Assembly: GCA_001004665.1 (NCBI GenBank) | Contig: LCRO01000003.1 | Coordinates: forward strand, 63,984-127,983 | Reading direction: 5' to 3' | Length of the DNA: 64,000 bases | Source: Candidatus Adlerbacteria bacterium GW2011_GWA1_54_10 | Lineage (GTDB): Bacteria > Patescibacteriota > Minisyncoccia > Phycocordibacterales > SBAW01 | Shown here: positions 1-10,442 of the stretch, one piece after another | How positions within the stretch are numbered: the first letter of the stretch is position 1 | How the letters are laid out: each line of letters starts with the position of its first letter | Program-made: the position numbers and the translations under genes | Notes under the pieces: generated by a model | Database searches by the model: none | The model's input: only the letters and a program-made list of their open reading frames with translations | Told to the model about the DNA's origin: nothing

Positions 1-385
1 CCATCTACCAAACCAACCACATATTCTGGACTAAGATTTTTCATTGAGTGGGTCCTTTTTCTTTCGAATACTATGACCCAGCTGACTTCTGACGCTGCGT
101 CAGATTCATTATACCCCGATTTTCGGGGTAACAGCGTCAGATCTCCACAGGTTACGAGCACTTCTGTTCCAAACATCCACTGCGGGATTTTCTTAGTTCT
201 TCCCTACCCTCACCGCCCACTGGTAGGTCGAACGCCCTTTAGTTTGCAGAGGCTGCTTTTTGCGTCCGGGCCCTCCGGCACTACCCTCACGGATATATGC
301 TTGCCCTTTTGCTACGCCTCGACGACGAAATCGAGGGTACGGATTTTAACCGCATAGAAGTGCGCGCTGCTGTGCGCGTTTATTG
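1..385 (-). other. Non-canonical segment at 3' end of 16S: probable insertion/intron (3' exon would lie beyond window start)
   Basis: Sequence after the 1390-region block lacks the near-invariant GCCCGTCACACC decoding-centre and GGATCACCTCCTT anti-SD blocks; contains an inverted repeat ctgacgctg...cagcgtcag. Confidence 0.4.
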
Positions 386-1647
386 TGAGTACAAGACTTG
401 AGAACGTATTCACCGCGGTATAGCTGACCCGCGATTACTAGCGATTCCGGCTTCATGAGGGCGAGTTGCAGCCCTCAATCCGAGACATGCTGATCTGGCG
501 TCATCCCCACCTTCCTCCCCCGTGAGGGGGCAGTCTCGCCTGACATTTAAAACAGGCAACAGGGGTTGCGTTCGTTACCCCACTGAAGGGAACAGTTCAA
601 ACCACGAACTGACGACGACCATGCATCACCTGCCAAGCCGCCTTTCGGGGACTCTGGTTTCCCAAAGTTTTCGTCTTGGTTTCAAACCCTGGTGAGGTTC
701 TTCGTTTGTCATCGAATTGAGCCGCATGATCCACCGCTTGTGCAAGTCCCCGTCTATTCCTTTGAGTTTTAATCTTGCGATCGTACTACCCAGGCGCACG
801 ACTTAACGCGTTAGCTTCGCCTCGCAGAGGGTCGATACTCCGCAAAGCCAGTCGTGATCGTTTAGGGCTACGAATACCGGGGTATCTAATCCCGTTCTCT
901 CCCGTAGCTTTCGTGTTTCAGCGTCAGGAGCGCGCCAGCAAAGTGCCTTCGCATTTGGTGTTCCCCATGATATCAACGGATTTCACCCCTACACCATGAG
1001 TTCCCTTTGCCTCTCGCGTCCTCTTAAAGCCGTGCCGTTTCCGCCGCATTCCACGGGTTGAGCCCGCGGGCTTTTACGAACGGACTAACATGGCCGCCTA
1101 CACACCCTTTACGCCCAGTGATTCCGGATAATGCTCGGGGCCTCTGTATTACCGCTCCTGCTGGCACAGAGTTAGGAGCCCCTTATTCATGCGCTAACGT
1201 CAATTACTTCCTCACGCATAAAAGCTGTTTACGTCCCGAAGGACTTCGTCCAGCACGCGGCGTCGCATGGTCAGGCTTTCGCCCATTGCCAAATATTCTC
1301 GACTGCAGCCACCCGTAGGTGTATGGGCCGTGTCTCAGTCCCATCGGTGGGGGTCAGCCTCTCAGCTCCCCTAGGCGTCGTAGCCACGGTAGGCCGTTAC
1401 CCTACCGTCTAGCTGATGCCCCGCAGGCCGCTCAAAGAGCGCGTTGCCGCTTTACCCTTCGACTTGCGTCTCAGGGACTATCGGGAATTACCCAACCTTT
1501 CGGCTGGCTATGCCCGACTCTTCGGTGCGTACCTGCGTATTACTACCTCGTCTGCCGGTTTACTTCGGTCTTGCGACTTCAGCATCCCATGACTTGCATG
1601 CCTTATCCACGCCGCTAGCATTCATCCTGAGCTAGGATCAAACTCTG
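1..1647 (-). rRNA. rrs: 16S rRNA; 5' end AGAGTTTGATCC... at ~1647; canonical alignment traceable down to ~385 (E. coli ~1390), 3' terminal domain not recognisable in 1-385
   Basis: Reverse complement of conserved 16S blocks: ggatcaaactct (1636-1647), ttaccgc..ctgctggcac (~1150-1170, 515 region), ggggtatctaatcc (~875, 806 region), acgtattcaccgcgg..cgattactagcgattcc (~395-440, 1350-1390 region). Confidence 0.85.
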
Positions 1648-2105
1648 AATAATTGCGAAGCAATTATTCACCCTGAGGTTACTCGAAGGGTGAATACACC
1701 TCGCAACCTAACTCGATATGACCCCTCGATACCGCCTTGCGGCGGTCCTCGGGGTGCTCAATTTTGTTACCGCTTACGCGGACAAAATTGGCAACGGAAC
1801 AAGAGAAAGATGCACCAGCCTATGGCTGGCGAAACAACTAGTCTCTTGTTTAACTTACTTACTTTAGATCGGTGTGATCTAGAACTTTTTCCTCTCCCGC
1901 TGCTCGGGATCGGAAATTTTTATTCGCTGTTGTCAAAAAACAAACCGCCGTCGGCGGTGCTCTCAAGACCTTGAGATTTCACCGTTAAGCAGTCATGGGT
2001 TCCAGTATAGCCCCTCTGAAGCGGATGTCAATGAAAAAATAAGGGCCGCTTGCGGTTACAAGCGGCCCAAGTCCAGGGAGGAAACGCCCAGGGTGGGCAC
2101 CTTCA

Positions 2106-2684
2106 CTATACCCCCACTTTCCGGAGCGCAACCTCGACCTGTTGATAAAGGTCCTCCCGCGTGCCGTCGTTCCGGAGCACCGAGTCAGCCATGGCGATAA
2201 CGGCCTTGAGATTCTGTTTGGAGGGATTGGTATTTTCCCATTCTCGTTGCTCATCAGCTTGAAATTTTTCAAACGATATTTTGTCTGTTTCCGACATACG
2301 CTTGGCAATTCTTTCGTATCGTTTTTGGACATCCGCATCAACCGCCCACAAAAGCGCTTGATGTGATTTCAAATATCCAGCCTCTCCGATTGAACGGATT
2401 GATTCTATAACGGTGCCGCTACCGTCTTCGAGCGCTCGACCAAGCAACTGCTCAGTAATATATCCGGAACCATGCATGGCGCGCAGATCGTTGGCGACTT
2501 CGGTCATTGTATCGCGACTTGACTCAAGACCCCGCCTCGCAATTTCTTCGTTCAAAAAATCGCGCACAGAAAAATGCCTGAACCCCTTGGTGTTGACCAG
2601 GTATTCGACTACCGTTCCTTTTCCAGCGCCCAGAGTTCCTGTAATTCCGATAATCATTTCTTTCGATTGGAAAACCGCTCCCAC
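2106..2684 (-). CDS. P-loop nucleotide kinase, adenylate-kinase-like (GITGTLGAGKGT Walker A)
   Basis: 192-aa ORF; Walker A GAGKGT followed by H-x-S-x-R/D segment as in NMP kinases. Confidence 0.5.
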   Translation of the reverse strand: MGAVFQSKEMIIGITGTLGAGKGTVVEYLVNTKGFRHFSVRDFLNEEIARRGLESSRDTMTEVANDLRAMHGSGYITEQLLGRALEDGSGTVIESIRSIGEAGYLKSHQALLWAVDADVQKRYERIAKRMSETDKISFEKFQADEQREWENTNPSKQNLKAVIAMADSVLRNDGTREDLYQQVEVALRKVGV

Positions 2685-3556
2685 ACGACGAGGAGCGGCG
2701 AGGCGAGGAAAATGGAAGAATAGGTGCCGGCAATCATGCCGACGATCAAAGTAAGAGCGAAGTTCCTCGTAGATTCCGGTCCCAAAAAATAAAGAGCGAG
2801 CAAAACGATTATCACGGTTACCGAAGTGTTGATGGAGCGCGTGACGGTCTGCGTAATGCTCCGGCCCACTACCGACTCAAATTCCTCGCGCCGGTGCGCC
2901 TCTTCGTTCTTGCGCAAATTCTCGCGAATGCGGTCGAAGACGACAATGGTGTCGTTAATGGATATGCCGAGTATGGTAAGCAATGCGACGATAAAAAGGG
3001 CGTCTACTTCGGCGCCTGCAGTGCCGCCTAGGAACGCGAAAAGTCCGACAGGTATCAAGATGTCGTGCAATAGAGTAAGTATGGCGACGATGCCGTACTT
3101 CCACGAAGCTACTGGCTTTGAGACATGGCGAAAGGCGAATGCGATAAAGGCGATTATCAGTACGACGACAAGCGTTATTGCTATCCATGCTTTACGCATG
3201 AGCTCCGCGCCGAGCGACGGGCCTATAGAGGAAAACTGCACCTCTTCCATTTCGCCCAAATTGCGCAGCGGCTGTAGCAGCATCTGTCGCTCCTCCTCCG
3301 CAAGATTGCGCTGGCGCAAAATGAAGCCGCTCTCGCCCGTCGGTTGGACCCGCACTTCGCCGAGCCGGAGGACATCCACGCGCTCGCGCACCGCTTCTAC
3401 CGGCGGCCGGCCAGCTGGGTAGCGTACTTCGAGCAGAGAGCCGCCAGCAAGGTCGATACCGGGCTTAAGCCCCCATACACCCAAAGCCGCGATCGCCGCG
3501 ATGCTTAATGCGGCCGGCAATATAAAAAAGTATTTCAGATTTTTTGTGATATGCAT
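2654..3556 (-). CDS. secF: Protein translocase subunit SecF
   Basis: Six-TM SecD/SecF family sequence; start trimmed to MHITKNLKYFF (ORF track start at 3802 runs over secD). Confidence 0.8.
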   Translation of the reverse strand: MHITKNLKYFFILPAALSIAAIAALGVWGLKPGIDLAGGSLLEVRYPAGRPPVEAVRERVDVLRLGEVRVQPTGESGFILRQRNLAEEERQMLLQPLRNLGEMEEVQFSSIGPSLGAELMRKAWIAITLVVVLIIAFIAFAFRHVSKPVASWKYGIVAILTLLHDILIPVGLFAFLGGTAGAEVDALFIVALLTILGISINDTIVVFDRIRENLRKNEEAHRREEFESVVGRSITQTVTRSINTSVTVIIVLLALYFLGPESTRNFALTLIVGMIAGTYSSIFLASPLLVVWERFSNRKK

Positions 3557-3573
3557 AAAACTAGTGGTTTGGG

Positions 3574-4853
3574 TCAGCGACTGGTAAAACCGGATTTCAG
3601 TAAAAATCGTCCGAACGGCTTCTCCGCATTTATGCCGAGTGCGAGAAGAAAAGTTCGCGAGATAGTTATCGCCGACAGCATGGAAACAAGGACACCTATA
3701 CCGAAAACGAGTGCAAATCCCTTGATAAGGGACGTCCCGAACCAAAACAGTATTACAGCGGCAATGATGTGCGCAAAGTTGCTGTCGCGGATAGCGAGCC
3801 ATGCTCGCGCAAATCCCTCGCGAATGGCAGATTCCGCCTTTTTGCCGGCCGCAAGTTCTTCTTTAATGCGCTCGGCAATGAGGATGTTTGCGTCAACCGC
3901 AAGCCCCACAGAAAGTATGAAGGCGGCTATGCCCGCGGCAGTCAGCACCACCGGAATAAGCTTGAAGAGCGCGAGCATAAGCACGACGTATATTACGAGT
4001 GCGAATACAGCTACAAGCCCCGGCAGACGGTACCAAAGGATCATAAAGACCGACAATACGGCAAAGCCGGCAAGTCCGGCAAAGAGGCCGGCGCGCAGCG
4101 CGGTCTCTCCCAATATCGCGCCTATTGTCTGCGTGCTCTGCAATTCTATGGGCACGGGCAGGGCCCCCAGGTTGAGTCCGCGCACGAGCTCGCGCGCGGA
4201 CTCCGCAGTGAAATTGCCGGAGATTACTGCACTACCGCCGTCTATGCGCTCTCTGACGACGGGGGCGGATATTCCCCGCCCGTCAAGGAATATGGCGATG
4301 TATCCTCGCGCGACGAGTATTTGACTAAGGAACTCGCGGATCTTGAGGGGTCAAAAGAGAAACTGGAGGAAATGATGGACGAACTTGAGGGGTCTCCATG
4401 CTCGTCGGAAACATTTTTTTCGAATTCCTTTTTGACCAGCTTAAACTCAAGTAGGGGCGTCCGGCCTATCATCGCTGTCGCCTCCTCGATGTCGGTAACG
4501 CCCGGCAGCTCGACAACGAGCCGGTGCTCGCCCTGTCCAAGCGCCCCGCCCTGCTCCGTCTCTACAACCGGCTCGCCCACTCCGAAGGCGTTCACGCGCC
4601 GCTCGATGACCTCGCGGAGCGTCCCTAGTGAATCCGCGATGTCTTCCGATTTTAGCTTGCTCGTATCCGCGCGATAGACAAGATGAGTGCCTCCGGAGAG
4701 ATCAAGCCCCAATTTAAAATCAAACCGCCCGCCGCCGCCTGTTGTGACCCATACAAAAAAGCCAATGACGGCCGATGCTATAAGGATCAAAATGGCGCTG
4801 TACCGCAACCAAAACATGATAGGCAGGATAACAGAGATTGAATTTTTTGCCAA
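3574..4853 (-). CDS. secD: Protein translocase subunit SecD, interrupted by one frameshift (N-part 4433-4853, C-part 3574-4185+)
   Basis: N-terminal ORF has TM1 + LGLDLSGG motif then an out-of-frame Ser/Pro-rich tail; C-terminal ORF has SecD TM bundle. Frame change coincides with an A7/T7 homopolymer at 4418-4424. Confidence 0.75.
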
Positions 4854-4919
4854 TTACCGTTTTAACAAGAGGCTTACACCTTAACTTACACGACCGTTAC
4901 AACTAAGGTGTAAATTGAT

Positions 4920-5651
4920 TTATTTTTGAGATTTTTTTACCAAAGTCAGTAAGTTTTTGAAAATCATTGCAACCGCGATGGGGCCCACGCCGCCGGGGAC
5001 GGGTGTAAAGACGGATGCGATTTTTGCGCACTGCGGATCCGCGTCGCCCATGAGCCGTCCTCCCTGCTCGGAGGTACCCGCATCTATGAGCACGACCCCC
5101 TCCTTGAGCATCTCGGGCTTGATAAGCCCGGGCTCGCCGGCGCCACAAACCACAATGTCCGCATCCTTAAGCTCTTCGAGTGAGCCGCGGGTTTGCGTAA
5201 CCATATGGACCTCCGCTCCCAAATCGCGCAGAAGCTGTGCCGCGGGCGCACCGACCAATTTCCCAGCGCCGATAACAACCGATAATTTATGCGCGGCCGC
5301 GACTCCGGCGCGCGTGAATATTTCCGAGATAGCCTCCGCTACGGGCGCCCGCACGAGCGGGCGCGGCGAGAGCGCGTCTACATCCTTATCCGGTGGAATC
5401 TCCGCGAGCAATCTTTCGGCGTTCGTTATCGGCAGTTGGACTATAATACCGTCACAGGTATTTGCGAGCTCCTGCAGCTCACCTTTCAAAATTTCGACTC
5501 CGAGCCTCTGCGCTACGCGCGATTTTATTTTTATGAATGACTCCGTCGCCGCGTCGGCGCTCCCTATGACAAGCCCCAGTTTGCGCCCGCGCAAACTTTC
5601 TCCCAAACCGACAATGACTTCCTCTGCTATTTTTTTTCCGTCGATAATCAC
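4920..5651 (-). CDS. folD: Methylenetetrahydrofolate dehydrogenase/cyclohydrolase FolD (short form)
   Basis: 243 aa; IVQLPIT..., GAGEPGLI, VPGGVGPIAVAM motifs typical of FolD. Confidence 0.8.
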   Translation of the reverse strand: MIIDGKKIAEEVIVGLGESLRGRKLGLVIGSADAATESFIKIKSRVAQRLGVEILKGELQELANTCDGIIVQLPITNAERLLAEIPPDKDVDALSPRPLVRAPVAEAISEIFTRAGVAAAHKLSVVIGAGKLVGAPAAQLLRDLGAEVHMVTQTRGSLEELKDADIVVCGAGEPGLIKPEMLKEGVVLIDAGTSEQGGRLMGDADPQCAKIASVFTPVPGGVGPIAVAMIFKNLLTLVKKSQK

Positions 5652-5673
5652 GGTATCAATATATTAAACCGTC

Positions 5674-7017
5674 CTACGCTCCCGCGTGCATTATGAGCTT
5701 TTTAACGGTCTTGAGCACTATCGTGGCATCAAGAAGAAGCGAGCGGTGTTTGAGGTAATAAAGGTCGAAGGAAAATTTTTCGCGCGTAGCTTCGACCTGT
5801 GCCTCGTGATGCGGATGCCTGTCGTGATAAAGCTGGGCCCAGCCCGAGAGCCCCGGCTTAACCAAATGGCGGAAATTATAGTATGGGATCTGCCGGGCGT
5901 ATTCCTCGACCAGTGGAGGAAATTCTGGCCGTGGACCGATGAGCGATATGTCGCCGCGGACAACATTCCAGAGTTGCGGCAATTCGTCCAACCTCGATAT
6001 CCGAAGGAATCTCCCCACCCTTGTCACCTGTAGTTTGGAACTCGCCCCAGGCCCGTACATTCCCCTGTCGTTGCCCGTCATGCTGCGAAATTTGTACAAA
6101 TTGAAAATGGCTCCGCCCTCGCCAGCGCGTGGCATGGAAATAAGAACTTCTCCTCCATCTTCTATTTTTATCGTAAGCGCGATGAATGGATAAAAGACAA
6201 GCGAGAATAGCGCCGCTGGGAGGGCTATAACGATGTCCATCAGCCGCTTGACCGGGTCGTACAGAGTGTGCGCATAGCGACTGACATTGCGGGCTATCCA
6301 TCGGTCGTCTATCTGCGAGAGGAGTATACGGCCGAATACTTCCTCGTAAAGTCCCGCCGCATCAAAGAAACTCACCCCCGCAGTGAGCAAGTTAAAAAGG
6401 CCGGGAAAGGCCCGCGCCACGGAAGGATGATTGAAGTCGGCAATGACGACGCTTATACCATTCTCCGCTATGGCACTGCGCACGCGCTCCGGCACCGCCT
6501 CTTGCGGCTTAAGGACGGCAACTACGCGCGTAGGAGAGCGGTGCGCGGTGTTGAGCGCGCGGGAAAGATCGACAAATCGCGGGCTCTCGCCTATAAGCAA
6601 GGCACGCTCCGGCTCTCCTTGCCCAAGGCGCGGAAAGAGTGCCGCGCGCCACAGCAGTACCAAAAGGAACGAGACTATGAGGTAAATAACGAGAAGCGTT
6701 TTCGGCGCTATGCCGAAGGCAGGAACAAAAAAGAAGAACAACGCCGCAAGGACCAAATTTATTATCTGTGCGACAAGTAGTGTCGCGGAGAGCGCGCGGC
6801 GCGCGAGGATGACCGACCGCTCGTAGAGTCCGGCAATAAAGAAGACCGATATCCACGCGGCGAACAGGAATGCGAACGGGACGAGGTGCGCGAAGAAAAG
6901 CACGCTTGGAGGCGGCATGAGCTCGCGCAAAGCAAGCGAAAACCAGAGAGCAAGCACAAAAAAAATCAAGTCCCCCGCAAAAAGGATAAGCGTGCGGGGA
7001 CGGAATACGGTTGTCAT
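5674..7017 (-). CDS. Polyprenyl-phosphate sugar phosphotransferase (WbaP/bacterial sugar transferase family)
   Basis: 447 aa, N-terminal TM helices, C-terminal PF02397-like block ...FNLYKFRSM...LDELPQLWNVVRGDISLIGPRP... Confidence 0.8.
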   Translation of the reverse strand: MTTVFRPRTLILFAGDLIFFVLALWFSLALRELMPPPSVLFFAHLVPFAFLFAAWISVFFIAGLYERSVILARRALSATLLVAQIINLVLAALFFFFVPAFGIAPKTLLVIYLIVSFLLVLLWRAALFPRLGQGEPERALLIGESPRFVDLSRALNTAHRSPTRVVAVLKPQEAVPERVRSAIAENGISVVIADFNHPSVARAFPGLFNLLTAGVSFFDAAGLYEEVFGRILLSQIDDRWIARNVSRYAHTLYDPVKRLMDIVIALPAALFSLVFYPFIALTIKIEDGGEVLISMPRAGEGGAIFNLYKFRSMTGNDRGMYGPGASSKLQVTRVGRFLRISRLDELPQLWNVVRGDISLIGPRPEFPPLVEEYARQIPYYNFRHLVKPGLSGWAQLYHDRHPHHEAQVEATREKFSFDLYYLKHRSLLLDATIVLKTVKKLIMHAGA

Positions 7018-7041
7018 AGTTTTGGCATATACTACAACAAA

Positions 7042-7978
7042 ATGAGCAAAAAGAAAGTTTTGTACGTAATAACGAAAGGCAATTGGGGCGGCGCACAGCG
7101 CTATGTCTTTGACCTTGCTACAGGTCTGCCAAAAGACGAATTCGAGGTCGCAGTTGCGCTCGGAGAGCCTGCCTTGTCAGCAGGCAAACCGGGTCTGCTG
7201 GCGGATAAGTTAAAATCGGCAAGTGTCATGATATATTATATCAGTTCGCTTGGGCGTGATGTTTCGTTCGGAAAAGATACGACAAGTTTTTTTGAGCTAT
7301 ACCGGTTGTTTAAAAAAGAAAAGCCCGACATAGCGCATTTGAATTCGAGTAAAGCTGGCGGCGTGGGCGCGCTACTGGCCGTTTTGGGAGCAGAGAAATT
7401 TCTTAATGCGCGGCGCGATATGGTTCTTCTCCTGGCTTACGGCGCTCCTCTCGCATACGGTTATCGTCATCTCTGACTACGATCTGCGCGTCGCGCGGCG
7501 GATGCCCTTCGTGAGCAGGAAAACAGTGCGTATATACAATGGTATCGGCCTGGAGACACTTGGTACGGGAAAAATGATCAGAAGCGCGTTTCCGCCGGGA
7601 GCGGTGATAACCGGAACTATAGGCGAGTTAAATAAAAACAAAAACCAACAAGTGCTTATCGAGCAGGCAAAAAACAACTCCAGCATGTTCGTCGCCATAG
7701 TCGGCGAGGGCGAGGAGCGCGGGCATCTTGAAGAAAAAATAAAAAAATATAATTTGAACGATCGGGTGCCTGCAAGCGAGGCACTGCGGGGCTTCGACGT
7801 CTTTGCCCTGCCATCGCTTAAAGAAGGCCTGCCGTACGTATTGTTGGAAGCGAAGCTCGCGGGACTTCCCATATTGGCGAACCACGTCGGTGGTGTCGGG
7901 GAAATATTGGACAACAAAAATCCAGGCGAATTCTCGCTCAAACAAATGCTCCTAAAAACGCTCGCGCTATATCGTTAA
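7042..7978 (+). CDS. GT4-family glycosyltransferase, split by a frameshift near 7400-7480
   Basis: ORF 6886-7476 holds the GT4 N-domain (start trimmed to MSKKKVLYVITKG); ORF 7406-7978 holds the GT1 C-domain (EGLPYVLLEAKLAGLPIL). Confidence 0.65.
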
Positions 7979-9088
7979 TTCCCTGTCCAGTGCGTCGCGA
8001 TGCGCCGCGCGCGCGTAAGAGTTCATTCCAGAGAGAATGCCCAGAGAAAGAAACTCCGCGAGCAGGTGCGAACCGCCGTAGCTCATAAATGGAATAGTAG
8101 TGCCGGTCACGGGCAAAAGACCGAGATTGATGCCCACATGCAGGGCAAAGTGCGCCCCAAAGTAGCACAGCACTCCCACGGCAAAAAGCGTCTCGAAATT
8201 GGACGCTCCGCGCATGGCGCTGTGCAATATCCGCCAAAACAGCACGCCGTACAAAGCAAACAGGAGCACTGTACCGGCAAACCCCCATTCCTCGGCGAAA
8301 GCCGCGAAAATAAAATCCGTCTGATACTCGGGAAGAAAACGCAGTTTACTCTGCGTGCCATACCCTACGCCCTTGCCAACGAGCTCTCCGGAGCCGACCG
8401 CCACCGTAGACTGATAGGCGTTATAGCCCGCGCCGTGGATGTCCGCAAGCGGATTCAAAAAAGTTAGGACGCGCTGTTTTTGATAATCCTCGAAACCGAA
8501 CACCCAAAGCCCTGCAAGCACACTAATGCCGACGGCTATAGTAATGAACAAATGCTTCCTCGAAATCCCGGAAAAGAGCACCATCAAGAGCCAAATGGCG
8601 GCAATGATTATGGCGGAACCGAAGTCAGGCTGGAGCGCTATTAAAACGAACACTATAGCCGCGTATGCACCGGAAACGAGTATGTGTCGGAAATTGGCTA
8701 TCTCTATGTGGCGACGGGAGAAATATTTAGCGAGAGCGATAATCATGATTATTTTTGCGAACTCGGCCGGCTGTACGGCGAGAGCTCCGAGATCGAACCA
8801 GCTACGCGCGCCTTGGAGCGCCGTTCCGAGCAAAAAAAGCCCCGCAAGCGGGACTATGAGCGCGAGATATGCCCCCGCGGCTACGGCGCCGCGGCGCAAA
8901 AAGCGCCAATCTAACGCCGCGGCGCCGAAGAACACAATCACGCTGACAAGGATCCAGAGAGCCTGGCGGAAGAAAAAAGGATCTTGCGCGGTGAAAGAAC
9001 CCATCGTAAGGAGGCCGAATAGTGCAAGCGCAAGAGCGGAGGAAAAAGCCATCCAGTCTATCCGGATTCTTTTTATTATCTGACTCAT
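7967..9088 (-). CDS. SEDS-family peptidoglycan polymerase (FtsW/RodA/SpoVE)
   Basis: 373 aa polytopic membrane protein with conserved FtsW/RodA blocks (PAEFAKI..., TDFIFA..EEWGF, PFMSYGGS). Confidence 0.85.
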   Translation of the reverse strand: MSQIIKRIRIDWMAFSSALALALFGLLTMGSFTAQDPFFFRQALWILVSVIVFFGAAALDWRFLRRGAVAAGAYLALIVPLAGLFLLGTALQGARSWFDLGALAVQPAEFAKIIMIIALAKYFSRRHIEIANFRHILVSGAYAAIVFVLIALQPDFGSAIIIAAIWLLMVLFSGISRKHLFITIAVGISVLAGLWVFGFEDYQKQRVLTFLNPLADIHGAGYNAYQSTVAVGSGELVGKGVGYGTQSKLRFLPEYQTDFIFAAFAEEWGFAGTVLLFALYGVLFWRILHSAMRGASNFETLFAVGVLCYFGAHFALHVGINLGLLPVTGTTIPFMSYGGSHLLAEFLSLGILSGMNSYARAAHRDALDRELTI

Positions 9089-9858
9089 TTAGCTATAGGA
9101 AGAGCAATGACTTCGGCCCTGATTGCTCCCCTGACGCCGTCCGGCCATGTAAAGAAGATGGATTCCTGGGACTTTCGGTCTACGGAGAGAGCAGTGCGCG
9201 ACGCGGCCAGGGCGACTCCTTGCGCGTCAAAAAGTACGGCTCCGACCTCCGCCTCCGCGCCATAAGGCGAATCGTTTACAAGCGTCGCGTTGAGGAGCGT
9301 GCCATCGCCTTCCTTCAGCAAGACACCGGTAGTCCTGAGCGCGGGGAAATCGCCTTCTCGCGCGTGCAGCCAGTACGGCTCTCTTGTGAAGGACAGCATC
9401 GCCCGCGCCACGGTGCGGTTGCCCACGTCGATATTCGGCTCGATAATCGGAATTGTCTGCACCGGCGGCAAAAGGATGGTGCCGGTGCGCTCGGCTACAA
9501 GAAGATTGTTCCCATCAAAAAGCTGAAATGCGTAATGCACGTCGGGAGCATAGGCGCCCGCATTCTGGTTTTGCACGTAAGCGGCGGCTGTATAGGCGCC
9601 CTCGCCCCCGCTCATAGCGCGTACCCAAAGCACGACCGGCGCGCGCGCCTCCGCCTGGCACAGGAGCGCGCAGTCGCCGCCGCAGTCGACGCCCGACTCT
9701 CGACCGTTCTGCGCTCCGTCGCGGCAAGTGGGCACCGCGGTAAAGAAAGTTCTATAGATCCCGAACATTACGGCAAACCCAAAAACTGCCGCCACCGCCG
9801 CGTAAAGCAATTTCCTCCTGCCTCCCCAAGATAGAGCCATGGAGATATTGTATATCAA
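9085..9858 (-). CDS. Hypothetical membrane-anchored Cys-rich extracytoplasmic protein
   Basis: 257 aa; N-terminal TM helix; 4-bp overlap with downstream SEDS gene suggests co-transcription. Confidence 0.45.
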   Translation of the reverse strand: MIYNISMALSWGGRRKLLYAAVAAVFGFAVMFGIYRTFFTAVPTCRDGAQNGRESGVDCGGDCALLCQAEARAPVVLWVRAMSGGEGAYTAAAYVQNQNAGAYAPDVHYAFQLFDGNNLLVAERTGTILLPPVQTIPIIEPNIDVGNRTVARAMLSFTREPYWLHAREGDFPALRTTGVLLKEGDGTLLNATLVNDSPYGAEAEVGAVLFDAQGVALAASRTALSVDRKSQESIFFTWPDGVRGAIRAEVIALPIAK

Positions 9859-9909
9859 AGCAAAAAGAAAAACCGCAGCGCCGGTTGCTTAAAAAATTTA
9901 GATCCTCTG

Positions 9910-10020
9910 TTCTGGCGGCTACCTACTCTCGCTGTCTGTAACAACAACTACCATCGGCGCTAGCGGGCTTAACTTCCGTGTTCGGAATGAGAACGGGTGT
10001 GACCCCGCCGCCAAGCCACC
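9910..10020 (-). rRNA. rrf: 5S rRNA
   Basis: Reverse complement aligns with bacterial 5S: ...CCGAACACGGAAGTTAAGCCCGCTAGCGCCGATGGTAGT...AGCGAGAGTAGG... Confidence 0.85.
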
Positions 10021-10264
10021 AAAACAGAAGGTCCAAACTAACCCTTCGACAAAGCCTCAGGGGTAATTTTATAAAACAAAATCAACAACAGATTATTGCG
10101 ACTCTCAATCCATTTCCCCTCCATAAATTGCGAAGGGTTGCCCAAAAGGGGCCGGAACATCGATCGATTAGTATTCCTCGGCTCAATGCCTTGCGGCACG
10201 TACACCTAGAACCTATCAACGTGGTCATCTCCCACGGATCTTAATGATTCCTCATCTTGAAGTT

Positions 10265-10299
<35 letters not shown>

Positions 10300-10442
10300 T
10301 CCCGACATAGCTACCCAGCGGTCCCCTTGGCAGGAGAGCTGGTAGACCAGCGGTCAGTTCCTTCCGGTCCTCTCGTACTAGGAAGAACTCTTCTCAAGAA
10401 TCGACGCCTGCAGTAGATAGGAGACCAACCTGTCTCACGCAT

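Noticed and set aside
73-1618. Plus-strand ORFs 73-357, 775-999, 1058-1318, 1319-1618 and others
   Set aside because: They lie antisense inside the 16S rRNA gene; no protein similarity; artefacts of the ORF finder.
3769-4677. 302-aa plus-strand ORF
   Set aside because: Antisense to secD; composition (Arg/Ser/Pro-rich) typical of antisense frames in GC-rich genes.
8000-9083. Plus-strand ORFs 8000-8467 and 8526-9083
   Set aside because: Antisense to the well-supported SEDS (FtsW/RodA) gene.
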